Virus record (IMG/VR): IMGVR_UViG_3300037515_000591
Coordinates: 7,403-71,402 of that record
DNA: 64,000 nucleotides
From: a virus
Direction: 5' to 3' (one strand)
Of this stretch, positions 35,627 to 44,181 are shown piece after piece. Numbering within the stretch: the stretch's first letter is position 1; each line of letters begins with the position of its first letter. Below the pieces are notes generated by a model. That model did not search any database and was not told the origin of the DNA. It was given only the letters and a program-made list of their open reading frames with translations. Position numbers and translations under genes: made by a program.

Positions 35627-36184
35627 ATGCCCGAAGACACGCCACAGGGAGAGGAGCAGCGCGAGATGCTGTCCTTCACCGAGGCTGCCGAACGGCTCGT
35701 CAATGACGGCATCGCCCTGAACATGACCGCCGAAGGACTACGGCGACTCGCCCGTGACCGAAACTCCGGCTGGCCCATCGGCCCCAATGACTACCGGGTC
35801 GTCGGCAAGACGCGGATGCTCCCCTACGAACTGCTCGCGCCGTACATGCGGGAGCGCTATGGGAAGCGGCGAGGGCGTGGCCCGGACACCAAGAAGCGCA
35901 GCCCCAAGTCCCAGTCGCAAGGAGATCCCATGTCCACGACCGTTGATCCGCGTATCGCGATCCTGTCCGCCCTGAACGATCCGCCGTACAACGAGACGGC
36001 CGAGAAGCGGTGCGTGCCGTGGGATGAAGCGGCGCAGCTCCTCAACGCCTACCGGGCGGCCGTCATCCGTGAGGCCGCTGACGCTGTGGCGCAGTTGATC
36101 GCCGATGGAGAGCACGACCCGGACTGTCTCGTCGACGAGCTGCGCCACCTGGCGCGCAAGACGCCCGAGGTGCGGGATGTCTGA
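35627..36184 (+). CDS. HTH DNA-binding protein (MerR/excisionase-like N-terminus)
   Basis: MLSFTEAAERLVNDGIALNMTAEGLRRLA, then a basic linker and a second domain. Confidence 0.55.
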   Translation: MPEDTPQGEEQREMLSFTEAAERLVNDGIALNMTAEGLRRLARDRNSGWPIGPNDYRVVGKTRMLPYELLAPYMRERYGKRRGRGPDTKKRSPKSQSQGDPMSTTVDPRIAILSALNDPPYNETAEKRCVPWDEAAQLLNAYRAAVIREAADAVAQLIADGEHDPDCLVDELRHLARKTPEVRDV

Positions 36185-36353
36185 CCGGATGCGGATGCTG
36201 GAGGCCGGTCACGCGTGGATGCGCGGCGAGCTGGACAGCGAGACGTATTTCGCGATGGCGCGGCGTGAGGCGTGGCGTTCTGTGTGGCGGTCGCGGCGTC
36301 CGGCGCGGGCGGGCTGGTGGACGAGGTTGTGGCGTGCGACGACCGGGAAGTAG
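36177..36353 (+). CDS. small hypothetical protein
   Basis: MSDRMRMLEAGHAWMRGELDSETYFAMARREAW... It overlaps the upstream stop. Confidence 0.4.
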   Translation: MSDRMRMLEAGHAWMRGELDSETYFAMARREAWRSVWRSRRPARAGWWTRLWRATTGK

Positions 36354-36367
36354 CCGCGCGTGACGAA

Positions 36368-36393
36368 GCCCCGACCGATGTGGTCGGGGCTTT
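36368..36393 (+). terminator. rho-independent terminator
   Basis: GCCCCGACC gatgt GGTCGGGGC followed by TTT. Confidence 0.65.
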
Positions 36394-36605
36394 CGCTTGC
36401 CCGCGGTTGCTGTCCACCGGGCGTGTAGCAGCGCGGGGGCCCAGCCATGGAAGCCGCCCGCACCACGAAGCGTATCCGCCGGGTACGACACCGGGCGCCC
36501 GCTCTGGGGGAGCGGGCGCCCGGTGGTGGCGATCGCGTGTCTCGCACCATCGCCTCTGGGCACCCGAGATGAGGCGCGCCAGGGGGCGGCGCATGCCGCC
36601 CGCGT

Positions 36606-36869
36606 TCAGGATGCCAGACCCGGGCGCTGCTCGTCGGCGATTGCGCGGGCGGCGGCGTGCAGTACGTCGGCCGGCAGGATGACGGCCTGCTCCCCGGGGC
36701 CGATGCCCGCGCCGTGCTGGGCGAGTTCGCGGGCCGAGATGTTCGGTACGCCGGGCACCTTGCCGATGATCAGGTAGTCGCCAGTGTCGAGGGCGAGGAC
36801 GGCCGGGCAACTGCTCTGTCCGGTGCAGCGCTCGGCGGGGCTGCTGCCGTAGCGGCGGACGATCTTCAC
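36606..36869 (-). CDS. hypothetical protein
   Basis: GTGA overlap start. VKIVRRYGSSPAERCTGQSSCPAVLALDTGDYLIIGK... Confidence 0.55.
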   Translation of the reverse strand: MKIVRRYGSSPAERCTGQSSCPAVLALDTGDYLIIGKVPGVPNISARELAQHGAGIGPGEQAVILPADVLHAAARAIADEQRPGLAS

Positions 36870-37771
36870 GACTGCTCCTTGGCCGGGTTGAGGATCGCGG
36901 TGTGGAGTTCGGCGAGCCGGATATCCCACCAGCGGGATACGGATGTGCCGATGGGTGGCGGTCCGGTTTTGACCCAGCGTTCGTACAGGTCGATGACGCG
37001 GGACACGTCGGCTTCGGCGCTGCGGTGGAGAGCGGCGAGGACTGCGGCGGTCTGCCGGTCCACGGTGGGCGCGGGCTGCTCGCGGAGTCCGGCCGGGGCG
37101 GGCGCTGGCGTGCCCGCGTCGCCGTACAGCAGCCAGTCCACCGACACATCTGCCGCTTCGGCGATGAGCACCATGTCGAGGCTGGTGGGGCGGTGGCCGA
37201 GATGGAGGATGCCGGGCAGTCGGCGGCTGATGTGTGGGGCGAGTTGGCGGCCTGGTGCGGGCAGTGTGAGGCTGCGGATGCGGGCGGTTCGCGCGGCCGT
37301 GGTGTCGGTCGCTTGGGTCGGGGCCGGGCCGGACGCGGGCTCGTCGAGGGCGCGGATGGTGTCGCAGGGCCAGGTGGTGTCGTAGCCGAGGCGCTGTCCG
37401 TGCGCGCAGTAGACGCAGGTGTCGCCGTGGCTGGCCTTCCGGTGCAGGGCGCAGACGCGGGCGACGGCGGCCTCGGCCTGCTCGGCGCGCTGCTCGGCCT
37501 CTTTGCGGAGCCGGTCGTGGTTCTTGCACGCGGTCATCGCCGTGTCTGCGGCTCGGGCTGCGAGCTGGCGTCCGTACTGCTCCCACTCGCGGGCATCGGT
37601 GAGGTCGGTGCGGAGGCGTTCGGCCTCGCGTCCGGCGGCCTCGGCGCGGGCGAGCTGGTCGTGCAGGTGGTCGAGGTCGTCGCTGGTCATCTCGTCCAGC
37701 TTCAGCCGGGCCGGCGGGTGTGGCTGGGCTTCGGCCGCGCGGCGGTCGAGCGCTGCGGGTTCTTGGTTCAT
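36866..37771 (-). CDS. hypothetical protein, coiled-coil N-terminus
   Basis: ATG 37771, 301 aa. Contains an HTH-like fragment SLDMVLIAEAADVSVDWLLYGD. Confidence 0.55.
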   Translation of the reverse strand: MNQEPAALDRRAAEAQPHPPARLKLDEMTSDDLDHLHDQLARAEAAGREAERLRTDLTDAREWEQYGRQLAARAADTAMTACKNHDRLRKEAEQRAEQAEAAVARVCALHRKASHGDTCVYCAHGQRLGYDTTWPCDTIRALDEPASGPAPTQATDTTAARTARIRSLTLPAPGRQLAPHISRRLPGILHLGHRPTSLDMVLIAEAADVSVDWLLYGDAGTPAPAPAGLREQPAPTVDRQTAAVLAALHRSAEADVSRVIDLYERWVKTGPPPIGTSVSRWWDIRLAELHTAILNPAKEQS

Positions 37772-37941
37772 GGGGTGCTGCTCCTGGGGTCGTCGAAGCC
37801 GGGTTCGTCCCAGGCGACGGCTCCGCACTCGCGGCCGTTGATGATGAGTGGCGCGGCGTGCGGGCCCTGGTGGCCGGCGGGCTGGGTGCAGGTGGATTCG
37901 GGGTAGTCGTAGTGCGGGAGGCCGCACAGACGGGCGGTCAT
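37768..37941 (-). CDS. small hypothetical protein
   Basis: MTARLCGLPHYDYPESTCTQPAGHQGPHAAPLIINGRECG... Confidence 0.4.
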   Translation of the reverse strand: MTARLCGLPHYDYPESTCTQPAGHQGPHAAPLIINGRECGAVAWDEPGFDDPRSSTP

Positions 37942-38047
37942 GCGGTCTCCCGGGGGATGCCGGTGTACGGGCAGAGGGTGTCGATGCTCTGGTGGCGGGC
38001 TCCGCAGTGACAGCGCCAGGGCCGCCACCGTGGGGGGAGGAGGCGTG

Positions 38048-38377
38048 TCACGGCTGGCCTCCGCCGTTGATGGCGCGGGCCACGGCGAGGGCGTGGCGGG
38101 CGTCCTCGGGCATGGCGGCGTCGTCCCGGAAGTCGATGCCGGTCCAGGACTCCAGCCAGGCGGCAACGGCCTTGCCGACACCGGGGTGCATGGCTGCGAT
38201 GTAGCGCAGATCGCCGGGTGCGTCCCCGTAGGCGACCTCCCAGCCGGTTGCGGTGCGCACCGAATCGTTAGGCAGGCCCTTCGCGTACCGCCACGGCTGG
38301 TTGTTGGCGGGCGCGCCCATCGCGAGGGTTCGGATCTTCTCGGCTGCGGCCTTGAGTTCGTCGGCGGGTGTGGTCAC
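38048..38377 (-). CDS. hypothetical protein
   Basis: 109 aa with a GTG start. Confidence 0.6.
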   Translation of the reverse strand: MTTPADELKAAAEKIRTLAMGAPANNQPWRYAKGLPNDSVRTATGWEVAYGDAPGDLRYIAAMHPGVGKAVAAWLESWTGIDFRDDAAMPEDARHALAVARAINGGGQP

Positions 38378-38532
38378 AGGTAGCTCCCGGCGGGTTGGAT
38401 GTCGGTGAGGGTGAAGAACTGTGCGGCGGTGATGTGTTGGCCGCGGAGGTCTGGCGGGAGGAGGGGCGTGTCTTCGTCGTCGTCCCAGTCGGGTTCGCAG
38501 TCGGCCCAGTCGAGGGCGAACAGGTCGCTCAC
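38374..38532 (-). CDS. 52 aa acidic protein (not in ORF track)
   Basis: VSDLFALDWADCEPDWDDDEDTPLLPPDLRGQHITAAQFFTLTDIQPAGSYL, with GTGA overlaps at both ends. Confidence 0.4.
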   Translation of the reverse strand: MSDLFALDWADCEPDWDDDEDTPLLPPDLRGQHITAAQFFTLTDIQPAGSYL

Positions 38533-38681
38533 GGCTGCTCGTCGCCGTCCGCGTCGTTGTGGCAGATGCAGGGGCAGTCGGTTTCGCCGGTCTCGCAGCA
38601 GTCGATGACGCGGCCGGAGACGGAGTGGATGGCGTTGCGGCGCCCTTGCTCGGCGTCGGGGTTCTGCTTCGGCACGGTCAT
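38529..38681 (-). CDS. small Cys-rich protein
   Basis: MTVPKQNPDAEQGRRNAIHSVSGRVIDCCETGETDCPCICHNDADGDEQP. Confidence 0.45.
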   Translation of the reverse strand: MTVPKQNPDAEQGRRNAIHSVSGRVIDCCETGETDCPCICHNDADGDEQP

Positions 38682-38803
38682 CGTGTGCTCCGGGTGCGTG
38701 CGGTGTGGTAGAGGGTGCGGGCTGCCCAGCGGAGGGCGAGCAGGATGGCGGAGATGAACGGGGCGCAGACGATGCCGACGCCTAGCGCGTAGCCGGGGTT
38801 CAC
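38678..38803 (-). CDS. 41 aa membrane peptide
   Basis: VNPGYALGVGIVCAPFISAILLALRWAARTLY..., with a GTGA overlap. Confidence 0.35.
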   Translation of the reverse strand: MNPGYALGVGIVCAPFISAILLALRWAARTLYHTARTRSTR

Positions 38804-39066
38804 GCGGCCTCCTCGAAGTCCGGAGGCTCTGAGGGCTCCTGTGGGGCCTGTGAGCCTCTGGCGCGGGTACGGGCAAGGATCCGGGCCCGGAGCCACCCTC
38901 GGGCCCACAGAGGGCGCCTGAGCCGCTTCCTGACGGCACGCCACGCCCACGCGACGGCAGCCGCTGCGCCGAGGAGCAGCAGCGTGCCCACGACCGCGAA
39001 GACGGCAATCCAGGCGAGGAGCGCCCACAGCATGCGGTCGATCGCCTCGTACAGGTCGACGATCAC
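38800..39066 (-). CDS. small membrane protein
   Basis: GTGA overlap start. Hydrophobic stretch MLWALLAWIAVFAVVGTLLLLGAAAAVAWAW. Confidence 0.45.
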   Translation of the reverse strand: MIVDLYEAIDRMLWALLAWIAVFAVVGTLLLLGAAAAVAWAWRAVRKRLRRPLWARGWLRARILARTRARGSQAPQEPSEPPDFEEAA

Positions 39067-39284
39067 GGCGACCGCCTGCTCGGGTCCGTCTCGACGGCGA
39101 ACGTGGTCGTGACTCGCACGAGCCGGTACCGGCACTTCGGGCTGGCGCCCCGGCGCTCGGCCATGAACTCGGCCGCGCGGCTGAGCGGGAACAGGTTGCT
39201 GGTGTGGTCGCTCCAGGCGCCGCCGGGCTTGTACTGGATCTGGAGCATCCACGACGTCTGAGGCGGGCGTTCGTGTCGCGCCAT
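39063..39284 (-). CDS. hypothetical protein
   Basis: 73 aa ORF. Confidence 0.55.
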   Translation of the reverse strand: MARHERPPQTSWMLQIQYKPGGAWSDHTSNLFPLSRAAEFMAERRGASPKCRYRLVRVTTTFAVETDPSRRSP

Positions 39285-39286
39285 GG

Positions 39287-40060
39287 TCAGGCCTCCCCGT
39301 CGGGCTGCGCCACAACAGCGGGCGCGGCTTCGGCAAGTGCTGCACCCAGGGCGTCACGGAGCTGGCCAGCGGCCTGGACCTGGAGAATCAACTGCCCGGC
39401 AGGAGCGAACTCGGCGAGGTTGACGGCCTTGTTGATCCACACGGCTACCCGTCCGTCGTGGTGGACGGCACCGGCGGACTCGTCCCAGAACAGCAGCGGC
39501 GGCTCGGTCTCGGGCTGTGGCGTCTCGTCGGCCATGCGGTCGAAGGTGTCGGCGAAGGCTCCGCGCCTCACCGCTACGGCAGCTTCACGGAATGCCTCGG
39601 CGCGGACGGCGGCCTGGTCGATGCTCGCGGGCAGCACGGACAGGACCGCGTCGGCGATCTCGTAACTACGGGCCCTCGCAATGACCTTCGGCAGCGTGTC
39701 GAGCAGGATCGGCACCGCCACATCGGCGATGTGGTCGCGGAGGTCGGCCCGGTCTGTGGCAGGCGCAGGCCCGGCAGACACGACGGCAGGCTCGTAGGTC
39801 TCCGCGAGCACGTCCTCAGCGACCGGATAAAACTCGCCCTTCACACCACACACGACGTGCTGCCCGGTGTACACGCCGACCCACGTGGAGTGCAGGACGT
39901 CGAAGACCTGCGCGGTGATCTCCGGGTCCTCGGCGCGGTCCTCCGGCGGGACGGCCTCGAAGCGGTGGTTGGTGAAGGCGATCAGCTCGGCTTCGTTGCT
40001 GCCAGTCCACTGGACGGTGTCGACCTCGATGGGGCGTTTGCGGTAGCGGGTGATGGTCAC
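39287..40060 (-). CDS. hypothetical protein
   Basis: 257 aa with clean coding composition. Confidence 0.65.
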   Translation of the reverse strand: MTITRYRKRPIEVDTVQWTGSNEAELIAFTNHRFEAVPPEDRAEDPEITAQVFDVLHSTWVGVYTGQHVVCGVKGEFYPVAEDVLAETYEPAVVSAGPAPATDRADLRDHIADVAVPILLDTLPKVIARARSYEIADAVLSVLPASIDQAAVRAEAFREAAVAVRRGAFADTFDRMADETPQPETEPPLLFWDESAGAVHHDGRVAVWINKAVNLAEFAPAGQLILQVQAAGQLRDALGAALAEAAPAVVAQPDGEA

Positions 40061-40099
40061 GGTGTGGCTCCTCCGGTGTGGGTGTGCGGGGGCGGACGA

Positions 40100-40453
40100 T
40101 CAGACGGCGGCGGGCGGGTTGCGGCGGTAGACGTCGAGTGCGGTGCGCCCGTTGACGATCAGGTGCGGGGCGGCCTGCTTGGCGAGCTGCTGCGCGGTGT
40201 CGAGGTCGAAGCGATGCGCGGCCAGCCACTCCTCCTCCCGCTCGGAGGGGATCGACTCGTAGGACCACTCACCCGCAGCGTTGAGGCACTGGCGGTGACG
40301 GACCACAGCCCACCGGTCGTGGCCTCGGAACTCGACGTCGATCGTGAACGCGGAGCGGTTGATGTCGTCGGCGGGGAAGATCGACACCTCGAAGCGGGTC
40401 GCCTCGACGAACGGGACGGGCGGCTGGTCGTGGGTTTGGGGTGTGGTGGGCAC
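40100..40453 (-). CDS. hypothetical protein
   Basis: GTG 40453 lies after GAGGAG. 117 aa. Confidence 0.55.
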   Translation of the reverse strand: MPTTPQTHDQPPVPFVEATRFEVSIFPADDINRSAFTIDVEFRGHDRWAVVRHRQCLNAAGEWSYESIPSEREEEWLAAHRFDLDTAQQLAKQAAPHLIVNGRTALDVYRRNPPAAV

Positions 40454-40491
40454 GGTGTGGCTCCTCGCGCGAGGTAGTGATCGACTGCGGG

Positions 40492-40683
40492 TCAGGCGGC
40501 TTCGGGCTGGTCGACGAGGTGGAGGTGCGGTCGGCGGTCGCGGTGGTAGGTCCAGTCGTCGAGGGCTTCGAGGAGGGCGGCGACGTGGGCGGCTTGCTGT
40601 TCGGGCGTCCATGTGGGGCGACGGTCTGGGGGTGGGGGGCGGGTGGGGATGGCTTCGGCGAGGAGCCGCTCGTACGCGTTCAC
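40492..40683 (-). CDS. small hypothetical protein
   Basis: GTGA overlap start. VNAYERLLAEAIPTRPPPPDRRPTWTPEQQAAHVAALLEALDDW... Confidence 0.45.
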   Translation of the reverse strand: MNAYERLLAEAIPTRPPPPDRRPTWTPEQQAAHVAALLEALDDWTYHRDRRPHLHLVDQPEAA

Positions 40684-41063
40684 GGGGTGGCCCGGTCTGC
40701 GGCGGTCTTCATGATCTGGATGCCGTCGGGGTGGGCGTGGACTGTGGACGTGACGGCGTCGTGCCAGGAGCGGGCGCTGGCGAGGGTGTGCTTCAGGTCG
40801 GCGATCTCGCGGCGGGCCGTGGCGAGTTGCTCCGCGATGGTCTGGCAGGAGCAGACGTCGATGTCCGGGTTCACGACGCGGGAGAGGCAGCCGGGGATGA
40901 GGAAGCGTCCGCCGTGGCCGTCGTCGTACCAGTGGCACGGCTGCGGGCCGGAGTGCTCCGACTCGGGCGGCAGGCCCTGCTCGGCGCGGAGCCGGTCGGC
41001 CTTCTCCTGGAGCGTCTCGGTGTCGTAGGCGTGGTCGTGGGCGTTGCCCTTACGAGGGCTCAT
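40680..41063 (-). CDS. hypothetical protein
   Basis: 127 aa with a Cys cluster CHWYDD...GC...VCSC. Confidence 0.6.
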   Translation of the reverse strand: MSPRKGNAHDHAYDTETLQEKADRLRAEQGLPPESEHSGPQPCHWYDDGHGGRFLIPGCLSRVVNPDIDVCSCQTIAEQLATARREIADLKHTLASARSWHDAVTSTVHAHPDGIQIMKTAADRATP

Positions 41064-41217
41064 CGGGTGCCTCCTCGGCTTGCCGGGCGGTGTGTGCGGT
41101 TTTGCGTGCGTCGTGGCTGGCGATGGCGAGTTTCCGGCCGCGGGGGCTGGTGCAACGCTGGCCGGGCGGGGCCTGGCACCAGGGGCAGCGGACCGACCAC
41201 TCCGGAAGCTGGGTCAC
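41050..41217 (-). CDS. small zinc-finger protein
   Basis: VTQLPEWSVRCPWCQAPPGQRCTSPRGRKLAIASHDARK..., with a GTGA overlap. Confidence 0.45.
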   Translation of the reverse strand: MTQLPEWSVRCPWCQAPPGQRCTSPRGRKLAIASHDARKTAHTARQAEEAPDEPS

Positions 41218-41987
41218 GACGCCTCGGTCTTCCGGAGGCCGTCTTGGAACTCGTCCAGTTGGGCGCGCTCCTGAGGCGTCAGCCGGGCGAGACGGTCCCG
41301 GGCGGCAGCGCGGAGCCGTTCCTCTTCGGCGGCGGCCTGTTCGGCGGTCTGCTCCGGTGCGCCCTGTGCGGCCCTGAGGCGGGCGCTGTGCGGCTTCGGG
41401 CGGGGTTTCCCCAGCGGCTGCTTCGCGGAGCCGCCTGGCGTCTTGCATGGGCGTCCTATGGCGGCGTGGCAGGCGGGGCACTCGATGCCGAGCGGCCCGG
41501 TGCGGCGGACGGTGTCGACGAGCTCCGTCTTCACCGCGCCCTCGTCGGAGTCCGGGACCGTCCGGATGTCTTCCCAGCCGCGGGCCTCCAGCCCGTCTGT
41601 GAGCTGTTTCGACGGACCGCCGGTGAGAGCCAGCCGGCTGGAGGGTGGTGCGATGCGGCCGGAGGCGATGGCCTGGGTCTGGCCGCGGAGTCGGGCGAGG
41701 TACTCCTGCCATGTCTCGTCGCCGACGGGCTCGTACTGGAAGTTCACCAGCCGCGCCGAACGCAGCTTCGTACGGAGGGTGCGGATGTGGTGCGGGAGGA
41801 TCCACAGCCGCTCTCCCGGGTTTTGCGGCGGGGTCGTGTAGTACACGGCGACCGCGGCCTTCGCATCAGAGTCGAGCGGCACGTCGTGGAGGGCGGAGGC
41901 CCAGGCAACCGCGGCGGCGACGGAGGGCTGCCGGTTGTCGAAGGAGGTGCAGTGGCCGAGGAGTTCGGCGGCTTCGTCGGGGTTCAT
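41214..41987 (-). CDS. hypothetical protein with the same zinc-finger motif
   Basis: ATG 41987. Contains IECPACHAAIGRPCKTPGGSAKQPLGKPRPKPHSARL. Confidence 0.6.
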   Translation of the reverse strand: MNPDEAAELLGHCTSFDNRQPSVAAAVAWASALHDVPLDSDAKAAVAVYYTTPPQNPGERLWILPHHIRTLRTKLRSARLVNFQYEPVGDETWQEYLARLRGQTQAIASGRIAPPSSRLALTGGPSKQLTDGLEARGWEDIRTVPDSDEGAVKTELVDTVRRTGPLGIECPACHAAIGRPCKTPGGSAKQPLGKPRPKPHSARLRAAQGAPEQTAEQAAAEEERLRAAARDRLARLTPQERAQLDEFQDGLRKTEAS

Positions 41988-42841
41988 GCGGAGTCTCCTT
42001 GCTCGCGGAGTTGGGCGGCGATGGCGGCCCAGCCGGCGACCTTGGCGTCGGTGCCGGTGAGGGTGGTTTGGCCCCCGCCGGAGAGCGGGACGAGGAAGGC
42101 GCCTTGGGTGGGCCGGGTGGCCCGGTCGGCGGCTTTTTTGGCGTCGTCGCGGATCCACTTCTGCCAGGCGTCGGGCCAGCTTTTGCGGCGGGTGCCGGTG
42201 GATCGGTAGTGGCTGACGAACTGGGCGGTGGAGTGCTCGATGTCGAGACCGGGGTATGTGGCTGCGACCCAGCGACGCATCGAGTCGGTTAGCTGGAAGC
42301 CGTCGATCTCGATCGGAGTGGGCGCGGGAGGGCCGTCAGGCCGGGCGGTCGGAGCCGTCGGCCGAGGCTGGTTCGAAGAGGCCTCAGCCCCCTCTTTCTG
42401 CGTTCCTTCTGGTGTATCTGCGTTAACTGCGTTATGGGGTGCGGATTCTGCACCCCTACCGGTACGGATTCCGTACCCCCCCGGTACGGAATCTGTACCC
42501 CTGGGGGTGCCGTTTCTGGACCGGTACGGATTCCGTACCGGTACAGAATCCGTACCCCCCTTACGGGTGTGGCCCTTGGCGCCGGGGAGGCGGTAGCGGG
42601 TCTCTCCGTGCGGTCCCTTCTGGCCGAGCACGATCTCCAGTTCGCCGGATTCGAGGAGGGCGTCGACCGCCTTGATCACGGCTGTCCGTGACGCCTGTGA
42701 ACGACGGATCAGGAAGGTGGTCCCGGCGTACGCCGAGACGTCCGGCCCGCTCGCCTTGTCGGCGATGGCGAGCAGCACGAGTCGCGCCGTGTTCTTGGAA
42801 GCGGAGTGCTCCCATACCCAGTCCTGTGCGTCGAGGCTCAA
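41984..42841 (-). CDS. putative replication initiator (winged-helix N-terminus) containing the origin iterons
   Basis: The N-terminus ARLVLLAIADKA...TTFLIRRSQASRTAVIKAVDALLESGELE is wHTH-like. An iteron array lies in the middle of the gene. Confidence 0.65.
   Translation of the reverse strand: MSLDAQDWVWEHSASKNTARLVLLAIADKASGPDVSAYAGTTFLIRRSQASRTAVIKAVDALLESGELEIVLGQKGPHGETRYRLPGAKGHTRKGGTDSVPVRNPYRSRNGTPRGTDSVPGGYGIRTGRGAESAPHNAVNADTPEGTQKEGAEASSNQPRPTAPTARPDGPPAPTPIEIDGFQLTDSMRRWVAATYPGLDIEHSTAQFVSHYRSTGTRRKSWPDAWQKWIRDDAKKAADRATRPTQGAFLVPLSGGGQTTLTGTDAKVAGWAAIAAQLREQGDSA
42438..42556. repeat. six 17 bp near-palindromic iterons GGTAC(G/A)GA(A/T)TC(C/T)GTACC
   Basis: Copies at 42438, 42461, 42483, 42506, 42523 and 42540. 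The last three abut each other. A lower-GC CTGCGTT-repeat stretch lies just upstream in plus coordinates (42390-42437). Confidence 0.75.
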
Positions 42842-42880
42842 CGGTCCTTCTCTCGGTCGTGCCGTTCGGAGGTACGAGGC

Positions 42881-42904
42881 GGGGGCGCCGCGGTGGGCGC
42901 CCCC
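42881..42904 (-). other. intra-operon stem-loop
   Basis: GGGGGCGCC gcggtg GGCGCCCCC, between the 42914 gene end and the initiator start. Confidence 0.4.
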
Positions 42905-42913
42905 GATCCGTGG

Positions 42914-43699
42914 TTACGCGGCTTCCATGTCGAAGAGGGCTGGTTCCTCGCGAAGCCCGTTCAGGACGGAGATCACCAGCCATGCGGTCCGCGCGTTGGC
43001 CTGGTTGCCGACGAGGAGAGACGAGCCGGGGCCAAGATGTAGGGCGCCCATCACGTACTTCTTGCGCTCGGTCTCCGACATCGCGGTGAGGTTGCTGTGC
43101 TTGCGCATCAGCTCGAACACGCCCCACTCCCGCAGTGAGAGGTTGTGCGGGCCTGCTTCGTCGTGGAAGCGCAGGTACGGGACGTACGGGAACCGCTTGG
43201 CGCCCTTGGGGTCCGGGCGGCCGTCGTCGAACAGCGTGAGCTGCGGGGAGTCCGGTGACTCGGGGTTGTACTTGAAGCTCAGCTCGACCTGCTCGGGGTG
43301 GAGTACGGCGAGGCTCGTCTTGTCCTTGCCGTATCCGGCGATGCGCTTGTTGGCTTCGGTGATGGAGGGCAGCACGCACCGCTTCAGCAGTTGGGCGCGC
43401 TGGGCTGCGGGCACGGTGCCGGTGACGTGGAAAGCCCGGTTGATGTCGTCGTGGTGGTCGCGGCGGAGGTCGTCTCCGGCGATGCGGTAGGACTCAGCTC
43501 GGGAGTCGCTGGAGTTGCGGTCCAGGGTGATGGTGCTGATGGACCAGCGGGGTGGGGCCTGGTAGCGGGAGAGCGGGTAGATGCGGATGAGTTGGCGGAG
43601 GGTGGCGGAGTAGCCGGCGGAGCAGACGAATACGCGGCCGTCGCGGCTGGGTTCGGGGACGGTTTTGCCGAGCATCACGAAGTCGTCGATGGTGATCAC
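42914..43699 (-). CDS. hypothetical protein, 261 aa, unrecognised fold
   Basis: Clean, well-formed ORF (MITIDDFVMLGKTVPEPSRDGRVFVCSAGYS...). I recognised no motif. Confidence 0.65.
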   Translation of the reverse strand: MITIDDFVMLGKTVPEPSRDGRVFVCSAGYSATLRQLIRIYPLSRYQAPPRWSISTITLDRNSSDSRAESYRIAGDDLRRDHHDDINRAFHVTGTVPAAQRAQLLKRCVLPSITEANKRIAGYGKDKTSLAVLHPEQVELSFKYNPESPDSPQLTLFDDGRPDPKGAKRFPYVPYLRFHDEAGPHNLSLREWGVFELMRKHSNLTAMSETERKKYVMGALHLGPGSSLLVGNQANARTAWLVISVLNGLREEPALFDMEAA

Positions 43700-44181
43700 T
43701 CCGCGGCCTCCTCGTGCGCCAGCTTCTGCAAATCCCTGATCTGCTGGAGGACACCGGCAGCTCGGTCGTTGCTGCTGATGAAGTCAGCGATGGCAACCTC
43801 GGTGCCTTCGTGGTCGAGCCAGGAATGCTCTAGCAGGGCGCCAACGAACCTGCGGTAGTGCTCGATGACCAAGTGGCCATCTGACTTGCAGCGCTCGAAT
43901 TGCGGCCTCATGTGCTGCTCGCAGCCGTCTGCCAGCGGGAGCCCATAGCCGACCAGAAGTGCATCAACCTCGCTGTGTTCAAGATCGGGCAAGAAGTGGC
44001 TGAGGATCTGGTGGGCGTATGCCGCCGAGTCGTTCTCTTCCGTCGGCGTGAGTCCCCAACCGCCTTCCCATTCAGGGAAGAACATCGGGATCCAGCTCGA
44101 ATCGATCGTCTGCGGATCGCGGCCCTCTTTGGCGCACCGGATCAGTTCGGCAGCCAGTTCTTCTCGGGTGTAGTCGCTCAC
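43696..44181 (-). CDS. hypothetical protein (paralog B, lower GC)
   Basis: GTGA overlap start. The N-terminus VSDYTREELAAELIRCAKEGRDPQTIDSSWIPMFF is similar to the next gene. Confidence 0.55.
   Translation of the reverse strand: MSDYTREELAAELIRCAKEGRDPQTIDSSWIPMFFPEWEGGWGLTPTEENDSAAYAHQILSHFLPDLEHSEVDALLVGYGLPLADGCEQHMRPQFERCKSDGHLVIEHYRRFVGALLEHSWLDHEGTEVAIADFISSNDRAAGVLQQIRDLQKLAHEEAAE

Noticed and set aside
42438-42556. Possible CRISPR array, because of regularly spaced 17 bp repeats.
   Set aside because: The repeats are palindromic, partly abutting with no spacers, few in number, and lie inside a coding gene next to replication functions. Origin iterons fit better.
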